Shown here: positions 11,091 to 25,467 of the stretch, in pieces | Layout: each line of letters starts with the position of its first letter | Numbering within the stretch: position 1 is the first letter of the stretch | From: Eledone cirrhosa | Lineage: Eukaryota | Assembly (NCBI GenBank): GCA_964016885.1 | Contig: OZ024746.1 | Location: forward strand, 97,030,001-97,094,000 | Direction of reading: 5' to 3' | DNA: 64,000 bases | The notes under the pieces: generated by a model | Databases searched by the model: none | Told to the model about the DNA's origin: nothing | What the model saw: only the letters and a program-made list of their open reading frames with translations | Program-made: the position numbers and the translations under genes

Positions 11091-11534
11091 TACTTGATCA
11101 CACGAATGTCTATTTTTGTTAATATTTTGAATTAATATATATATATATGCACACACGCACACACTATATACGGAGACACATATTTATATAGCAAACTTGA
11201 AACTAAACATAGTATTGGGCGCGCATTATTTTAAGATTAAAGCAATTTATATCAAATTATATAGTTAAATATTATAAATTTTAATGCAGGAAAAAGAAGA
11301 GTAAAATTCTCTCTAAAACTAAGTTCAAACAACCTTGAAGGATCCAGTGTGAGGTGACAAATGATCATCAGAGGAATTGGTAGAATATTTAAAGTTTTCT
11401 TATTTTAATGTAGTAATGAAATAATGACAACTACAATCTTATTAAACATTTAGTGAGAAAAATGTTCCTTATTTTTGTTTTGCAAGATTTTTGCTATGAA
11501 ATACTATATTGAAACAAATATCGATAATTTCACT

Positions 11535-11848
11535 ACATATAACAATGAGAAAACTCATCGCTAGAACGTGGTTAAAACAGCTAAATGCTGTCAAAGACAG
11601 ACATGGGTAAACCTGCCTCAGAGGATAGAGACCACCAGTCAGTGGTTGACAGAGAGACAAGGTGAAATATAGAAAAGGAGGACAAATGTTCTATATTTCA
11701 TCTACCTGTCACCCACTTTGTGGATTGTCTCTCTGTTGACCACTGGCCACCGGTCTCTCTCATTTGACGTATTTTTGCCAATCGCTGTCTTTGATAACAT
11801 TTAGCTGTTTTAACGGCTATTCTAGAGATGAGTTTTCTCATTTTTATA
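11535..11848. repeat. Degenerate long inverted repeat
   Basis: aatgagaaaactcatcgctagaa...gagagacaa versus ttgtctctc...ttctagagatgagttttctcatt. Confidence 0.7.
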
Positions 11849-11904
11849 TCTATTCAAATACATTCTCGCTTCGTCTCAATCAGAGACGACATTGTTTTTT
11901 CATT

Positions 11905-12262
11905 TAAATATTAATTTGTATTTTGGAAGGGTAATGCTGGCCATCAAAACATATGCACCACTTAAGTTTCAATTCAGTTTTATTAAAAATCAGTTGGTTA
12001 ACCAAATAATTAATCAATTATCAAAGTCCTTTCATCACTGCATATGACCTTGCTGATAGCTATTGCTCTCTGTGCCTCCTCTTCATTTACATATGAAGTT
12101 GAAATAAGTGTGAATGAGAGGGCATGATTCATGAATAAAGTGAGAGGTTTGATAAAAGGACTTTGACAATTAATTAATTATATAACTGAAGTGAAACTCA
12201 TTTGGTACATATGTTTCATTTGGCAGCATGACTCTCTCTCAAAATACAATAATTATTATTAA
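11905..12262. repeat. Degenerate long inverted repeat
   Basis: ttgtattttgga...aaacatatgcacca...tcaaagtcctttcatca versus tgataaaaggactttga...tggtacatatgttt...tcaaaatacaa. Confidence 0.55.
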
Positions 12263-13800
12263 TACAGCTATTTGATAATCCTTTCTAAATTTAACCAACC
12301 ATTAATTGAAAGAAAACACACACACAAAAACACGGAAAAAAAGAAGAAGCAAAACAAAGGCAATAAAAAATATTAAATATTTCTCTCCATATAGTTCCAT
12401 ATAAAATCTAATATTTTAGTTTATTTGTAATAACAGAAATGAAATAATAGATTTCCCTTAAGCACTACTCAAATACAGTACTAAACATTTAATTATAGTT
12501 TTTATGTTTTCAAATTTTAGCAGCTGGATATTATATGAATGTATAATTATCAGTAAATGTTTCATTCAAGATTAAAACTAATACATTTTTGTTTGTCTTT
12601 TGACTAGTTTTGATATTAAACTTCTTTCAAAATATTATACTTGGTTTCCACTGGCAATTAAAACTTCTGTCAATATTCTTCATTACAGACTTGACATTTT
12701 AAGCATGATTATCCAATATTATAATTTTTATAATATTTCGTTATATAATAAAATAAAGGCCACCATCAGTCACTAATGACCATGGTTTTGCATCTAGAAA
12801 GTTTCCCTCCAAGGCACAAGTCCAGGCAAGGTTTGTTTGTGGAAGACCAGCTGTCACCCATGCATACCAGTCTCCCCTCTCCATGTCACTGATGTTGTCC
12901 AGGGGAAAGTTTCCCTCCAAAGCAAGGTTTGTTTGCGGAAGATCAGCAGTCACCCATGCAAAATCAAAGTTGTAGCTGCCGTAGAGCAGATACCAATCAA
13001 ATTGTTTGAGGCAGTCACAAAGCACTCAATAGTATGAAATGTTAATAAATTATTCATCCAGAGTAAACAGAAAGTTAAGAAAGTGTGACATCATGAATAA
13101 ATCAACCAGGTGTATGTGGCCATAGTACATAGCCACAGCAACGATAAATACAAACTGGTAGATATGTATTGTCTACATGTAAAAGCACATATCTGAGGAG
13201 CTTTTGATTCCAGGGTCAGGAATGAACATAATTGATCATTCCTTGAGCAGACTGGCAGAGAAACATATGTCATATGTGATTATACATGTATACGATGCAA
13301 CACTGATTCTTTGTTCCATGATTATATATATGTATATACACACACACACACCCACAGTTATATATAGAGAGATGTAGTTATATATACATACACACACACA
13401 CACATATATATATATATTCATTTTTTTCCCTTGTCATTTTATTTTGGAAGACAATATATAATGGATTTTCTGCAGTGTGATAGAAGCCCAGTACCTCAAA
13501 TATCTATTTATTGCCCCATACATTAACTTTCAAAATACTTGACAGGCAAATAGATAACACAAGAAGAAAAGCATAAACTAGAAATATACATAAAACCTAT
13601 CCAAATTGTACAATGTTGACATACAGCTATTGTCATTGATAATCTATGAAATATGAATGGAATCTGCCTAGATTGTGCAATATTGACACACACACTTCTT
13701 TTCAATGACAGGAAGTCAGATACATATTCAGAACCAACAAGACAGCATGATGTCCTTTATCAGTACTGGTATATGTTGGATAGGTATATCCCTTTAGTAT

Positions 13801-14277
13801 TTAACCTTTTAGCATTCACATTACTCTATATATACTATTATATTTTCATGGTAAAGGCTTTACCTCACATAACATTTACATTTCTCTATATATACTATTG
13901 TATTTTCATGGTAAACACTTTGTCTCACATAATATCGAATCTAAGAGATTTTGATATTATTTATTTGGAGAACAACACCTTAATGTCGGTATGAGTAGCA
14001 AGTTACAGCCAGTTTGAACAGAAAGAGTTAAGAGAATTCTGGCTGGATATGGCCAGTTTAAATGCTAAAGGGTTAAAACCAGCCATATCCGACCAGAATT
14101 ATCTAACTTTTCTGTTTAAACCGGCCTTAACTGGCCACTGATACTGATGTTAAGGTATTATTCTCAATAATATCAAAATCTCATAGATTAAAAATTATTT
14201 GAGATAATTGTAAAATAAAGCCTTTACCATGAAAATACAATAGTAAATATAAAGTAATGCAAATGCTAAAGGGTTAA
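13801..14277. mobile_element. Two piggyBac-type MITE copies head-to-head (13801-14076 minus, 14077-14277 plus)
   Basis: TTAA/CCC...GGG/TTAA termini. The two bodies are reverse complements. Confidence 0.8.
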
Positions 14278-14721
14278 ACACACAACTTTAGTATCATTAG
14301 CTAAACATGCCCTACTACTAAGTCACAAACATACACACATATTTACAAAGTAAAGATTGACAGTAACTTAAACGTTTTGCTGATCATTTGTTACCTGAAG
14401 GAAAAACAAAGAAACACTGGTCCTAAATGATAACTTAGAAATAACAAATTTGAAACAAAACTCTATAAAAACATACATGAAGAATACAACCTATGATCAG
14501 CCATGACTGAAGGGAACTTTTAACTCATAAGTTCCTGTACTACATGAATTTGCATTACCAAGAAACTTGAAAAGTACAAGTCAGCCCTATAATGGAATCA
14601 CCTTAAAAGTTGAACTCTAATACTGTAAATTTTCACAATGATCTGTCGCCTAGTAAAGTTATTATAAACATTTGATTTCACTTTCAGATATTTCTGCTGA
14701 AACATTAAAAGATGTTAGGAG

Positions 14722-14935
14722 TTAACAGCTTAGCATTTAAACTGGCTGTATCTGGCCAGAATTCTCTCACCTCTTTCTGTTAAAGCCAGCCATAACTGGC
14801 TGCTCATTAATGTTAAGGTATTGTTCTCAAAATAAATAATATCAAAATCTCATAGATTCAATTTTATGCGAGATAAAACCTTCTCCACGAAAATATAATA
14901 GTAAATATAGAGTTATGTAAATGCCAAAGGGTTAA
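14722..14935 (+). mobile_element. piggyBac-type MITE
   Basis: Same body, ending AAAGGG-TTAA. Confidence 0.75.
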
Positions 14936-15285
14936 AATCAACATAGAGGGCAAGTCAGCCAGACTGATTAAACAGTTTGCAATACCAAAATTTGTTACTA
15001 AAAAGAACTGAAACTCTAAGGCATGTATTGCAAGCGTCAAGAGAAACAGTAATTTCCATGTCTTGTACAATGGAAATATTGGGAACAAGACACAATAAAT
15101 AGAGCTAAGTGATGTCCACTATTTTGCGTTCTTCAGAAAGTGAAAAGAACTCAGTTGCCGTGTTATAAATGTTTTGATAAACAATACAAAATGTCTACAC
15201 ACACACATACATATACATGCACACACTCACAAACTATTTTACTGATATAAGATCTGTGTCTTCAATAGTAGTAATAATAATAATA

Positions 15286-15695
15286 ATAATTGTTTCTACT
15301 TTAGGCACAAGGCCAGCAATTACCCAGTACATTACTGCTACTTTATTTTATCGACCCCGTAAGGATGAAAGGCAAAGTTAACCTCGGCGGGATTTGAACT
15401 CAGATCGTAAAGGGACGTAACTATGGTGGAAAGTATGGCGTCTGACCCTCTACTGATACTGCCAATCCAATAATAATAATAATGATTTCTAGTATAGGCA
15501 CAAGGCCAGTAATTTGGGGGGAGGGGAAAGTCGATTAAATTGACCCCAGTACGTTACTGGTACTTTATTTTATCGACCCCGTAAGGATGAAAGGCAAAGT
15601 TAACCTCGGCGGGATTTGAACTCAGACTGTAAAGGACCATAACTCTATACTGCAAATCATGGTGTCCGACTCTACCAATACTGCCAATCCACCGC
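15286..15695 (-). mobile_element. Two tandem SINE family A copies in (TAA)n
   Basis: Two copies of tttattttatcgaccccgtaaggatgaaaggcaaagttaacctcggcgggatttgaactc. Confidence 0.85.
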
Positions 15696-16320
15696 TCTAA
15701 TGGTAGTATTTCGCTGTTAGAACAAAGAAAAATTATATTTGAAACAAAATCAATCTAAAAGACTTGTATGTGTTCCAAAAGAACAGTAACTAGAGAGTAA
15801 TAATTTACAACTATTTTACTAAAACATACAGTCAAAATGAACATATTTATAAGGTGAATATGATAAATAGACTATTGAGATAATATAATAACAAAATAAT
15901 CATGACAAATCTGTTCATTGCTTGAAGGTGATAAATAAATAAACAGGTAAAATGTGATAAACCAGTGGAAAAACAAAACTGTAATTATATGATAGTGACA
16001 TATCACTAATCTATACAATGATAAAATATCTGTAACTAGATATCAATACAATAACATTGTAAATAAACACTAGTTCTTCTTAGATGAAATTGAAGTTATC
16101 TAGACTGAGGAAGACCCACAAGCAACATCTAGAATATAAAGGAAACTGTAGAAATAGAAGACATTTTACATTATAGTTTGTTGAACTGACACATAAGTTC
16201 ATAGGATACAACAGTTTGACATTAGATTAGCTTCATAAACAAGTAAATGAACATATAGTAATAAATTGGTTGAGTAAGTAGTAAATACATGGAGAGGAAA
16301 TAAGAGTAAAATGTAAAGAA

Positions 16321-16648
16321 CCCCTTCAGTCACAAATGACCATGGGATTTGCACCTAGAAAGTTCTCCTCTGAGGCACAAGTCCAGGCAAGGTTGTTTGT
16401 GGAAGATCAGCAGTTGCCCATACATATTAGTCTACTTTCTCGATGCTACCGATGTTGTCCAAGGGAAAGTTAATGGCTGATACAGTTTGGCACCAGTGAC
16501 GTCGCAACTCATTTCTACAGCTGAGTAAACTGGAGCAACACAAAATATATTGTCTTGGTCAAGAACACGATGAAAAGCCCAGTCCAAGAATTGAGCTGAC
16601 AACCTTGTGATTGTAAGCCTGATGCTCTAACTACTAAGCTATGTGCCT
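16321..16648 (-). mobile_element. tRNA-derived SINE, family-B head with alternative tail (type 2)
   Basis: Head and central domain as at 836-1158. The tail (gaccatgggatttgcacctagaaag...) is also at 12765-12960, and a related copy is at 28610-28890. Confidence 0.7.
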
Positions 16649-17700
16649 TTACTTAGAGATGAGATAAGGAGGTCACCAAAAAAGAATACAAAGTAGATTC
16701 AAATCCAAATTTTCATTATGATGTTGAATCTTAAAACGGAAAATGTTCCACCCACTGAACTAATTCAACAAACATATCTAGTCATATATTTTATCACGTA
16801 CACATTTCACAACTTACATCGTTTTTTAAAGAAATAAAATTAAAAATTTAATAATAACAGCAAAGATAGTTAGTACACGACAAGAACATTCCAGAATGAT
16901 CAATCACAAATGGCTGCAACATTTATTAAACACATAGATTTTTCATTTATTCTAAATAGAATTCTGAGAACGATAGGAGAGTTCTACTGAACTGGAACCA
17001 ATATTTCATGAGATGTCTGGCACAAGTTTTAGAGAGCTAACAAGTGACATTTTGAATGCATAACTAAAACGGAAATTTAATTCAGGCAATAGTAATGAAG
17101 AGTCTCAACTACTCTTTCATAAAGTAAAAATACATTCTGGTCAAAATATAGAAAAAAAAAAATCAATAAAACAAGTTGGAATCTTGTTTTTCCAATCCTG
17201 TATGAATCAGATATTTAGTAAAGATATTTTCTATGTTCTAGTAGTTGGTATAATTTATTTTGTTAAAAGACTAGATTTTTTTTAAAATAGAAGATTCTGA
17301 GTAAATTCTAGATGGAATTATCAATACATTTCCATTATATTTCCCCCACATTTATAATTTATATAATATTTTTCGATTACTGTAGTAAATTCAATAAATA
17401 TTTCATTTATTTAATCTTTGTATCTAATTTATCTTTTATAATGTCAAGTTATTTCAAGTTAGCATGTTTTATTTCATTAATGACTTGAACAATCTGCTGA
17501 GCTTTCCTCAAACTTTAGCCACCCACTTTGTATTTTCTCTTTCCCAAATGAGTGCCTTCTATTATCCCTAATATACAAAACCTATTTGTTCTATGAGAAG
17601 TGACTAGGCTGAAATATAAATTTAAATCTAGTCTTCAATGTTAGCGAGTGTTAATACACTCTCAGTATCCATCTAAATCCTGTGGAAACAATTAATTGAT

Positions 17701-17897
17701 AATAATTTCTACTATAGGCACAAGGCCAGCAATTTGAGGAGAGGGGAAAGTTGATTAAATCAACACCAGTGCATTACTGGTATTATATTTTATTAACCCT
17801 GTACAGATGAAAGGCAAAGCTAACCTTGGTGGGATTTCAACTCAGAACGTAAAAGACGATAACTCTATGTTGCAAATCATGTGTCTGACACTCTACT
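17701..17897 (-). mobile_element. SINE family A (diverged)
   Basis: Same central domain and tail. Confidence 0.7.
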
Positions 17898-18029
17898 CAT
17901 AGTCACCTAAGAGAGTTCAGCTAAACTGGATCCGGTTACAACTAATACACTAAACAAATTAAATAAGTACTTGTCTTAAACAGAAGAAATTATAGTTATT
18001 TCATTTTGTTTTATTTAGTATGAAACTAC

Positions 18030-18517
18030 TAGGAGGTAGGCAAAAAAGCCAAATTTGCTATCTTCAATTTGCTATTTGTGCCAACCCTTACCTATGGTCA
18101 TGAATCTTGGTAATAGAAAGAATAAAATCGCGAATACAAGCAGCCGATATGGGGTTCCTCTGAAGGGTCTTTGGAGTAACGTTACTTAATAGAGTGCGTA
18201 GCTCGGAGATCAGGGAGTCACTCCAGGTAGAGCCACTACTTCTACGAGTTGAGAGATCACATTCCGATACTATGGACATGTGGTTAGAATGGCTCAGGAA
18301 AGAATTGCTGGACAGATTTTATGGGCAAAACCAACCAAGAGGAAACCCAGGGGTAGACCTCAAGCAAGGTCATTGGATAACATTCATGAGCTTGGCTGGT
18401 ACACTTGGAAATCCAGAAGGATCAGATGGAGATGGTTGCTTCTGACAGGACCCACTGGAAGGAGTCTTTGAGGAATCTTCCCCTATAACCCTCTCAGGAC
18501 GATGAAGAAGAAGAAGA
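18030..18517 (+). mobile_element. RTE-clade LINE 3' fragment (Rex3/Expander-like), decayed
   Basis: FVPTLTYGHESW...KSRIQAADMGFL*RVFGVTLLNRVRSSEIRESLQVEPLLLRVERS...KRKPRGRPQARSLD, with a (GAA)n tail at 18503-18517. Confidence 0.8.
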
Positions 18518-18900
18518 CTGCTATGTTTACAATGGTTTTTCTACGATGACCATACAGTCATTTGATCAAACTGTATATCCAACCTGTGAATTGATGTGTA
18601 AGGGATTGAGTATCACACAGACATCTGTATCCTTAAGAATCAGCATAACAAAAATGTGACAAGGCTGGATATTTGAATTACAGATGGAATTCATCTAACA
18701 AGCCTCCACACAGTTTCCATCTGTCCAATTCTATAAGTCTTGTATTGATCTAAAGTCAACTATTACTTAACTTAAATACCATGCAATGACATTGAACCTG
18801 GGACCTCATGAGAGTGAAGCAAATTTTTTTAACCATTTAACCATGCCTGCATCCACACTAAGTTTGGAATATAATCCATATAATAATTGTTAAATGCAGA

Positions 18901-19220
18901 TGGAGGCATTGGGCTTGCAATCGAAAGGTTGTGAGCTCAATTCTTGGACTGGGTGATGTGTTGTTTCCTTAGGCAAGACATTTTATTTCACATTGCTTCA
19001 GTTTACTCAGCTGTAGAAATGAGATGATAGGGACTGGGGTCCATATCATTCCACTGCAAAGTGGTCATGGAGGTGCCACGGCAAAAAAAGCACCCAGCAC
19101 TCACTGTAACTGAGGTTGGTGTTAGGAAGGGCATCAAGCTGTAGAAATCAAGCCAGAATCAGTTCCCTTCCCACCCTTGCAAGCAGGGAAAAGCGGACGT
19201 ATGATGATGATGATGATGAT
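18901..19220 (+). mobile_element. SINE family B with RTE tail and (GAT)n end
   Basis: Reverse-complement paralog of 836-1158. Confidence 0.75.
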
Positions 19221-19284
19221 ATATGTTATTATTGTACCAAAAGTAGAAACAATTATTGTAGTATTATAATTTTATTATTTGAGT

Positions 19285-19603
19285 AGTAGTGGCACTCTGT
19301 TGGTTATGATGACGAGTGTTCCTGTTGATCCGATTAATGGAACAGCCTGCTCGTGAAATTAACGTGCAAGTGGCTGAGCATTCCACAAACATGCATACTT
19401 TTAATGTAGTTCTCAGTGAGATTCAGCAGGACAGAGAATGTGACAAGGTTAGCCCTTCGAACTACAACACATTTTTGCCAGCTGAATGGACTGGAGCAAT
19501 GTGAAATAAAGTGTCTTGCTTAAGGACACAACGCACCACCGAGAATCAAACTCACCACCTTACGATCATGAGCCAAACATCCTAACCACAAAACAATGTA
19601 CCA
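19285..19603 (-). mobile_element. tRNA-derived SINE, family-B head with alternative tail (type 3)
   Basis: Head and domain ggagcaatgtgaaataaagtgtcttgcttaaggacacaac joined to an unrelated tail (gcctgctcgtgaaattaacgtgcaagtggctgagc). Confidence 0.7.
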
Positions 19604-20752
19604 TCATATTATTTGAAAACATTTAACAAACATACAAAGAGTAATCTTAAGTTCACACATTCCCTCACACCACACATTCACCAAGACTCTTCGACTATTG
19701 TCAGACTTTGTCCTTCTGTCTTTTCTATGGGTTTTCATTGATTTTTCATTCTCTGAAATTGTTGTCTGTAAATAAAAGTCTTTCAACACTATTTACTTCT
19801 CTTACCATTTACACAATCTTTTGAGTAAACATCACACAGCATTGTTAACTAGATCTTCTCCTGAAACATTTCTCTGGCACTTAACCCTTGTCTACATTTC
19901 TCCCATAAGACCTTAAACTTAACATTAACTGAATTAATCTTTCAAATCCGTCATCTATCTGCTAGTAAAGGGGATGAAGTTTTAAGAGCAGCTGGGCATT
20001 TTATTGAGACTATATTTAATAAAAAGTGCTGTGTCTTTACATTTTATTGACTACGCTATTAAACTCATACATTAATGTAAATTTGAAGAATATTTATCTT
20101 ATAAAAGCTGACATAAAGGGAATATATTTATATATATATCATTTACAATGAGATATTTCTTATGGGGTTTAACACAAACATCATGATAACTGTACAAACA
20201 GTAGTTTAAAAAACAAGGTACTGTATCTTCAGACAGATATATAAGTGAAAGGATATTGGATGTTCGCTACATAAAAAGCCAATGTATGTTTAGAAGTACA
20301 ATAAAAGAAAAATGAATTGATGATTAATATTTTTTTACTGGCAAATATGGAAGACAACGGCAAATGATTCAGGTATTTGGACTCATAAGAGATATATAAT
20401 TTGCTCAAGTATTAGCAAGCAAATTGCTACATAAATACATCTGATTGAATATTTGATGCCATAGAATTAAAAGAATACCAACAAATTAAATTTGTCTTGA
20501 ATACTGTCCACATGATAATTAAACAATTATATACGAGGAAGCATATTTAATGAGAAAGCCATTAAAAAGTCAAGGAATATTCAGATATAAACTACAAATG
20601 AAATAATATTAGATGATGACTAATATTAGATCAGTTTTTTAACTGACTTTAACTCTGATTCCATTCATAAAATTAGTTGCTGAGTCAAGAGAATTAGATA
20701 TTTCTGTTAAAAATATGTCATCATATAATTTAATAGAAATATAATTTCTTAC

Positions 20753-21075
20753 ACTAGCAGTAGAGACTTCTGATGTCCTTGGCCATAGAACCGCCTCCTT
20801 ACTCACTACCATCAGTACCCCATAGCTTGGAGACTTCTGGTGTCCTTGGCCCTAGGACCACCTCCCTACTCACCACCATTGGCATGGAGTTTGCTACCTG
20901 TAGGTGTAAGCCTCGTGAGCTGGAATGACTCTTCCAACACATCTCACTCACCATCATCTGGGGAAACCCCTTCTCTATTCTGTCCACCGGGACCATGGGG
21001 CAGCCAGTGCATGGGCCCCCATTTGCTTATAATAGTGAGAGATGGGCAGAGCAAGAGAGACGGAGGCAGTGATTA
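20753..21075 (+). mobile_element. CRE-like RLE non-LTR retrotransposon 3' fragment with internal ~66-bp duplication
   Basis: LAVETSDVLG / LETSGVLGPRTTSLLTTIG...KPRELE*LFQHISLTIIWGN. Paralog of 25932-26330. Confidence 0.65.
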
Positions 21076-21910
21076 TACCAGCATTGCTGAAGTATTTTGT
21101 AGAGTCAAAGGTTAAGTTATTTCTTACATAGAATACTCAAAGCTAAAGAAATTGTGGCATTTATGGTTTTCTCAAAAGTAACAATATTCATGATATTGAT
21201 TTCTACTTTAGGCACAAGGCTACCAAATTTAGGAGAAGGGGAAAAATTGATTAAATCAACTCCAATCCTTAACTGGTACTTTATTGTATTGATCCTGGAA
21301 GGATGAAAGACAAAGTTGAGCTCAACAGGATTTGAAATCAGAATGCAAAGAGCCAGAATAAATACTGAAATAGCATTTCATCTGACAACCTAGCTAGCAA
21401 TTCTGCCAATCTATCACTCTTTCAATATTATCAATATTACAAGTGGAAATCAAAACTAAGTCACGATTTAATCGATTGAATGTTTTACCACATTATCATT
21501 TCACATGTAATAGATATCTCACATCTTCTTGAAACAGTGTGTAAATATTTGTGTGATTTTAGTGAAAACAAATTAACTAAAAATATTGATAAACTTTCTT
21601 CAATTAAATGAATATCAGGAAATAGAAAAGAAACTATTTTCATAGGAAAACCTTTGTAAATAAATCAGTATAGATGTTACTGAATGTCCCTACCCAATCA
21701 ATTTTATTTTAGTAGACTTTTGGCATTGATATTGTTGACTGAGCACAGCATTTCTAACTGTGCCAAACACTGTATTGATTAAGGAGCTTATGATCTATAT
21801 ATAGGACTTGTCTTAAAATAGGCCAATTTTAAAAATGTAAAGGAATTTGTTAAAGGAAATTTTATTGCTAGATCGGGAAAGATAACTAAATATAAACTCC
21901 TCTATAGTCA

Positions 21911-22255
21911 TTAACCCTTTAGCATTTAAACTGGCTATAAGGGCATCCAGCCATGGAAACCTCTGTATGAGTAAGACATGGTCACATGATCCCACTTACC
22001 TCAAATGTTAGCATGTTAGCATGAAAAATGGACGTTAAATGATGATGATGATGTATCTGGCCAGAATTCTTTCACTTCTTTCTGTTCAAACTAGCCGTAA
22101 CCGGTCACTCATACTTATGTTAAGGTATTGTTCTCAAAATAAATAACATCAAAATCTTGTAGATTTGATATTATGTAAGATAATTATGTGAAGTAAAGTG
22201 TTTACCATAAAAATACAATAGTAAATGTAGAGTAATGTAAATGCTAAAGGGTTAA
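21911..22255 (+). mobile_element. piggyBac-type MITE interrupted by an RTE-tail fragment (about 21938-22053)
   Basis: Intact TTAA-CCCTTTAGCATTTA and TAAATGCTAAAGGG-TTAA ends, with internal aagggcatccagcc...gatgatgatg. Confidence 0.8.
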
Positions 22256-22544
22256 AATATCAGCAATTATTGCATATATGACTGTGTCAAGGACTAGTTT
22301 TCAAGGTTCTACATTATGAAAGAAGAACAGGAAATTATGCTTCCATTAGTCTTTCCATCACTGATACTATCTACTGGTTTGAAACTCCTGGGGGGGTTTG
22401 AACTCAGAACACGGAGAGTCAGAATAGGTACCACAAAGCATCCCATTAAACCATATTTCTAATAAAAGACTCTGCCTGTGATATTTAATTGATTTAGAAA
22501 ATAATCAGAAATTTAGTAATGTAACTAAACTAATTTTCTCATTA

Positions 22545-22773
22545 TTAACCCTTTATCATTTACATTACTCTATATATACTATTGTATTTTCATGGTAAAT
22601 TCTTTACCTCACAGAATTATCTCACATAATATTGAATCTATGAGATTTTGATATTATTTATTTTGAGAACAATACCTTAACATCAGTATGAGTGGCCAGT
22701 TACAGCCAGTTTGAACAGAAAGAGTTGAGAGAATTCTGGCTGGATATAACTATTTTAAATGCTAAAGGGTTAA
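22545..22773 (-). mobile_element. piggyBac-type MITE
   Basis: TTAA-CCCTTTATCATTTA...TAAATGCTAAAGGG-TTAA. Confidence 0.85.
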
Positions 22774-22954
22774 ACTAGTGTCTGGAGCTTAATTTACAGC
22801 AGTTATGGGCACCTAAGTGAAGTTTTTCTGATTTTTTTACCTCAACTTTTCAGTCGTAATTTACCTTTCTATCATTTTTACGGCTGAAGAAAACAACATG
22901 TACGAATTCTGAAGAAACAAATCAAAACAACCTGAGTTACCGCCCTTGTTTTTT

Positions 22955-23050
22955 TAATGTGGGCGCGAATGTTAATTAGCGCTTGCGGCCTGCCTGATGA
23001 TGAACCACATCTCATGTGGCCCGCTTTTCGAAAAAGGTTGCCCATGCCTG
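22955..23050 (+). mobile_element. Right terminus of a hAT (Charlie/SPIN-like) DNA transposon
   Basis: tgcggcc...gtggcccg...aaaaaggttgcccatgcctg resembles typical hAT subterminal and terminal sequence. No left end was found. Confidence 0.45.
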
Positions 23051-24370
23051 ACTTAAAGGATCTAATGCAAAATAATTATGTTAGAAGGTATCTATATAAA
23101 ATATAATCAATTTAGAATAAGCAGTTTTGTATAGTAGAAGGGGCAGTTATGTATTGAAAATGTTAACAATTCTACCAATCCATTGCTTATTGACTAAATC
23201 AAATCTAAAAGGAGGAAAGACAAAGTTGACTTGAGCAGGTTTTGACTCAAGAGTTCAGACAGCTGGAACAAATATGGAAGCATTTAATCTGACACTCTAG
23301 AAACACTGCTGATTCACCTCCAAAAATAGTTTTTAAAATGGCTAAATATATGGAGGTGCCAATCATATATAGAAGCATTCATTTGATTAGCTGTTAGAGA
23401 ATATCATTATACTAGTATACACATGTCACAGATAATGGAGGTCATATTAATGGTGTTATACACACACATTGTATTTTTATTTATAACTTTACTTCACAGA
23501 ATATATATAGACTTGGTAGTGTCTAGTATTTTAAAAGATTGAGATTAATAATAATTTCTGTTAGTAAAAGATTTTGATGAGGAATATTGTCAATAAATTT
23601 CCAGAAACATGTAAAAAAAAAAAGAAAATATTCCAAACATAAAGATTCAAATAGAGGAAAAACTTAAATGTGAATGAGGACATTTTGATTACAAAGAAGA
23701 TGTAGGACCCTGCATAATGTGTGAAGATAAGAAATTCAATTATAGATCTAAAGAAAAAAATTATTCCAAATGACAATCTTACACAAAACAGGAAATTTTA
23801 AAATGTTCTGTATGAGCAAGACACGGTCATTTGATCTGACTTGTTTCACAACAGGACAGCTCGTCTAACCCATGCTAGCGTCGAAAAATGGATGTTAAAC
23901 AGTGATAATGATGATGATGAGGGTTTCAAGTGAAAAGATAAACATTTATTCATTAATTTTGAAATCCTGCTCTGTTATTGTAGAAATCAGGATGCCCTAA
24001 TAATTAACATTCAAATTGCAATAACAATTTGTTATTATTTTGGTATTACTAAAACAAAACAGCCATTAGTTTAAATTCTAATAGGTTATAAATAACCTGC
24101 AAATATATATATTATGTTTTCATATTTTAAGCCTAAAAACTTCCCTCTCGAAAATTTGAACCCAAATTTAATTTATTTGCTGGGTGCCTGGTTGTTTCAG
24201 TGTCTTAGTCTCACCACCGCCTGTAGTAATGCTGCAAGCATGTTGGCTTGCCTCAAATATTTCCTTTTATTCTAGGGAATGTAACAGTTTTGGTAAAATG
24301 TGTTATCATTTGTTATATTAGTTTTGTGTTTTAAACCTAGCTTAATTCAGACTAAGCAATCATATGGTGA

Positions 24371-24586
24371 AACCTTTAGCATTTAAACTGGCCATATCCA
24401 ACCAGAATTCTCTTACCTCTTTCTGTTCAAACTGGCTGTAACTCACTCATACCGATGTTAAAATATTGTTCTCAAAATAAATAACATCAAAATCTTGTGG
24501 ATTCAATATTATGTGAAATAATTATGTAAGAGGAAGCCTTCACTGTGAAAATATAATAGTAAGTATAGAGTAATGTAAATGGTTAA
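24371..24586 (+). mobile_element. piggyBac-type MITE (eroded ends)
   Basis: Same body as the other copies. Confidence 0.7.
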
Positions 24587-25319
24587 AGGCATTCCAGCCT
24601 GATCATCCTGCCTTATTCTTCAGACAGAATGTTCCTACAACTACATTATTCAATGAATCGTTTCACTATTAAAGAAATAGGAAGTAAGTTGGGTGTGTCA
24701 CTGTTATTTCTAGCAATTGAGGCACACACACAGAGGTGACTTCTATGAGAGATCTATTGTTTATTGAACAATTTGATTGATCCAGGAAGGATAGGACTTT
24801 TTTAAATATTGATACTTCATCTCATATTCAAAGCTTACACTAGATGGTTGAAAAATAGATTCAATTGGCAACTAACAATACTAATACATTGGATACACTT
24901 CAGTGGTTACAACACTGTGCTTCAATAGTGTAATAAGAATAGTTTTAGATAGAGTAGCAATAGGATTTTTCAATAGTGTAGTAATATCGTTTTTAGATAG
25001 TATGATTAACTGTGAATCATGTTGCTTCACAAGTAAAAATACCCTCGTTCAGATAGTTACTTCAGATTGCAACAACATAAAGCAACTACAATAAAAATTA
25101 TCTAAATACAGAAATATGCAGCTATTTTGAATATCAATAAATAAATTCAAATCTCCCTCTGTTTCTTTCTTTCTACACGCACACACACACTATATATATA
25201 TATATATGTGCTTGTGTGTGTGTGTATGTATATATATATATATATATATATCCATACACACACACAGACATATATATATACATATATATATGTGTGTGTG
25301 TATAAACACATTTATATAT

Positions 25320-25379
<60 letters not shown>

Positions 25380-25467
25380 TTAAATAGGGAGACACAAACC
25401 AGGCTGTAGTAAAAGTTTGGTAGAAATATCCAAGGGTAAGAACATTCAGTCTATAGGATGAGTTTAG

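Noticed and set aside
22985-23040. CTGATGA...CGAAA as a hammerhead
   Set aside because: No stem III/NUH or stem I can form. The sequence fits a hAT transposon terminus.
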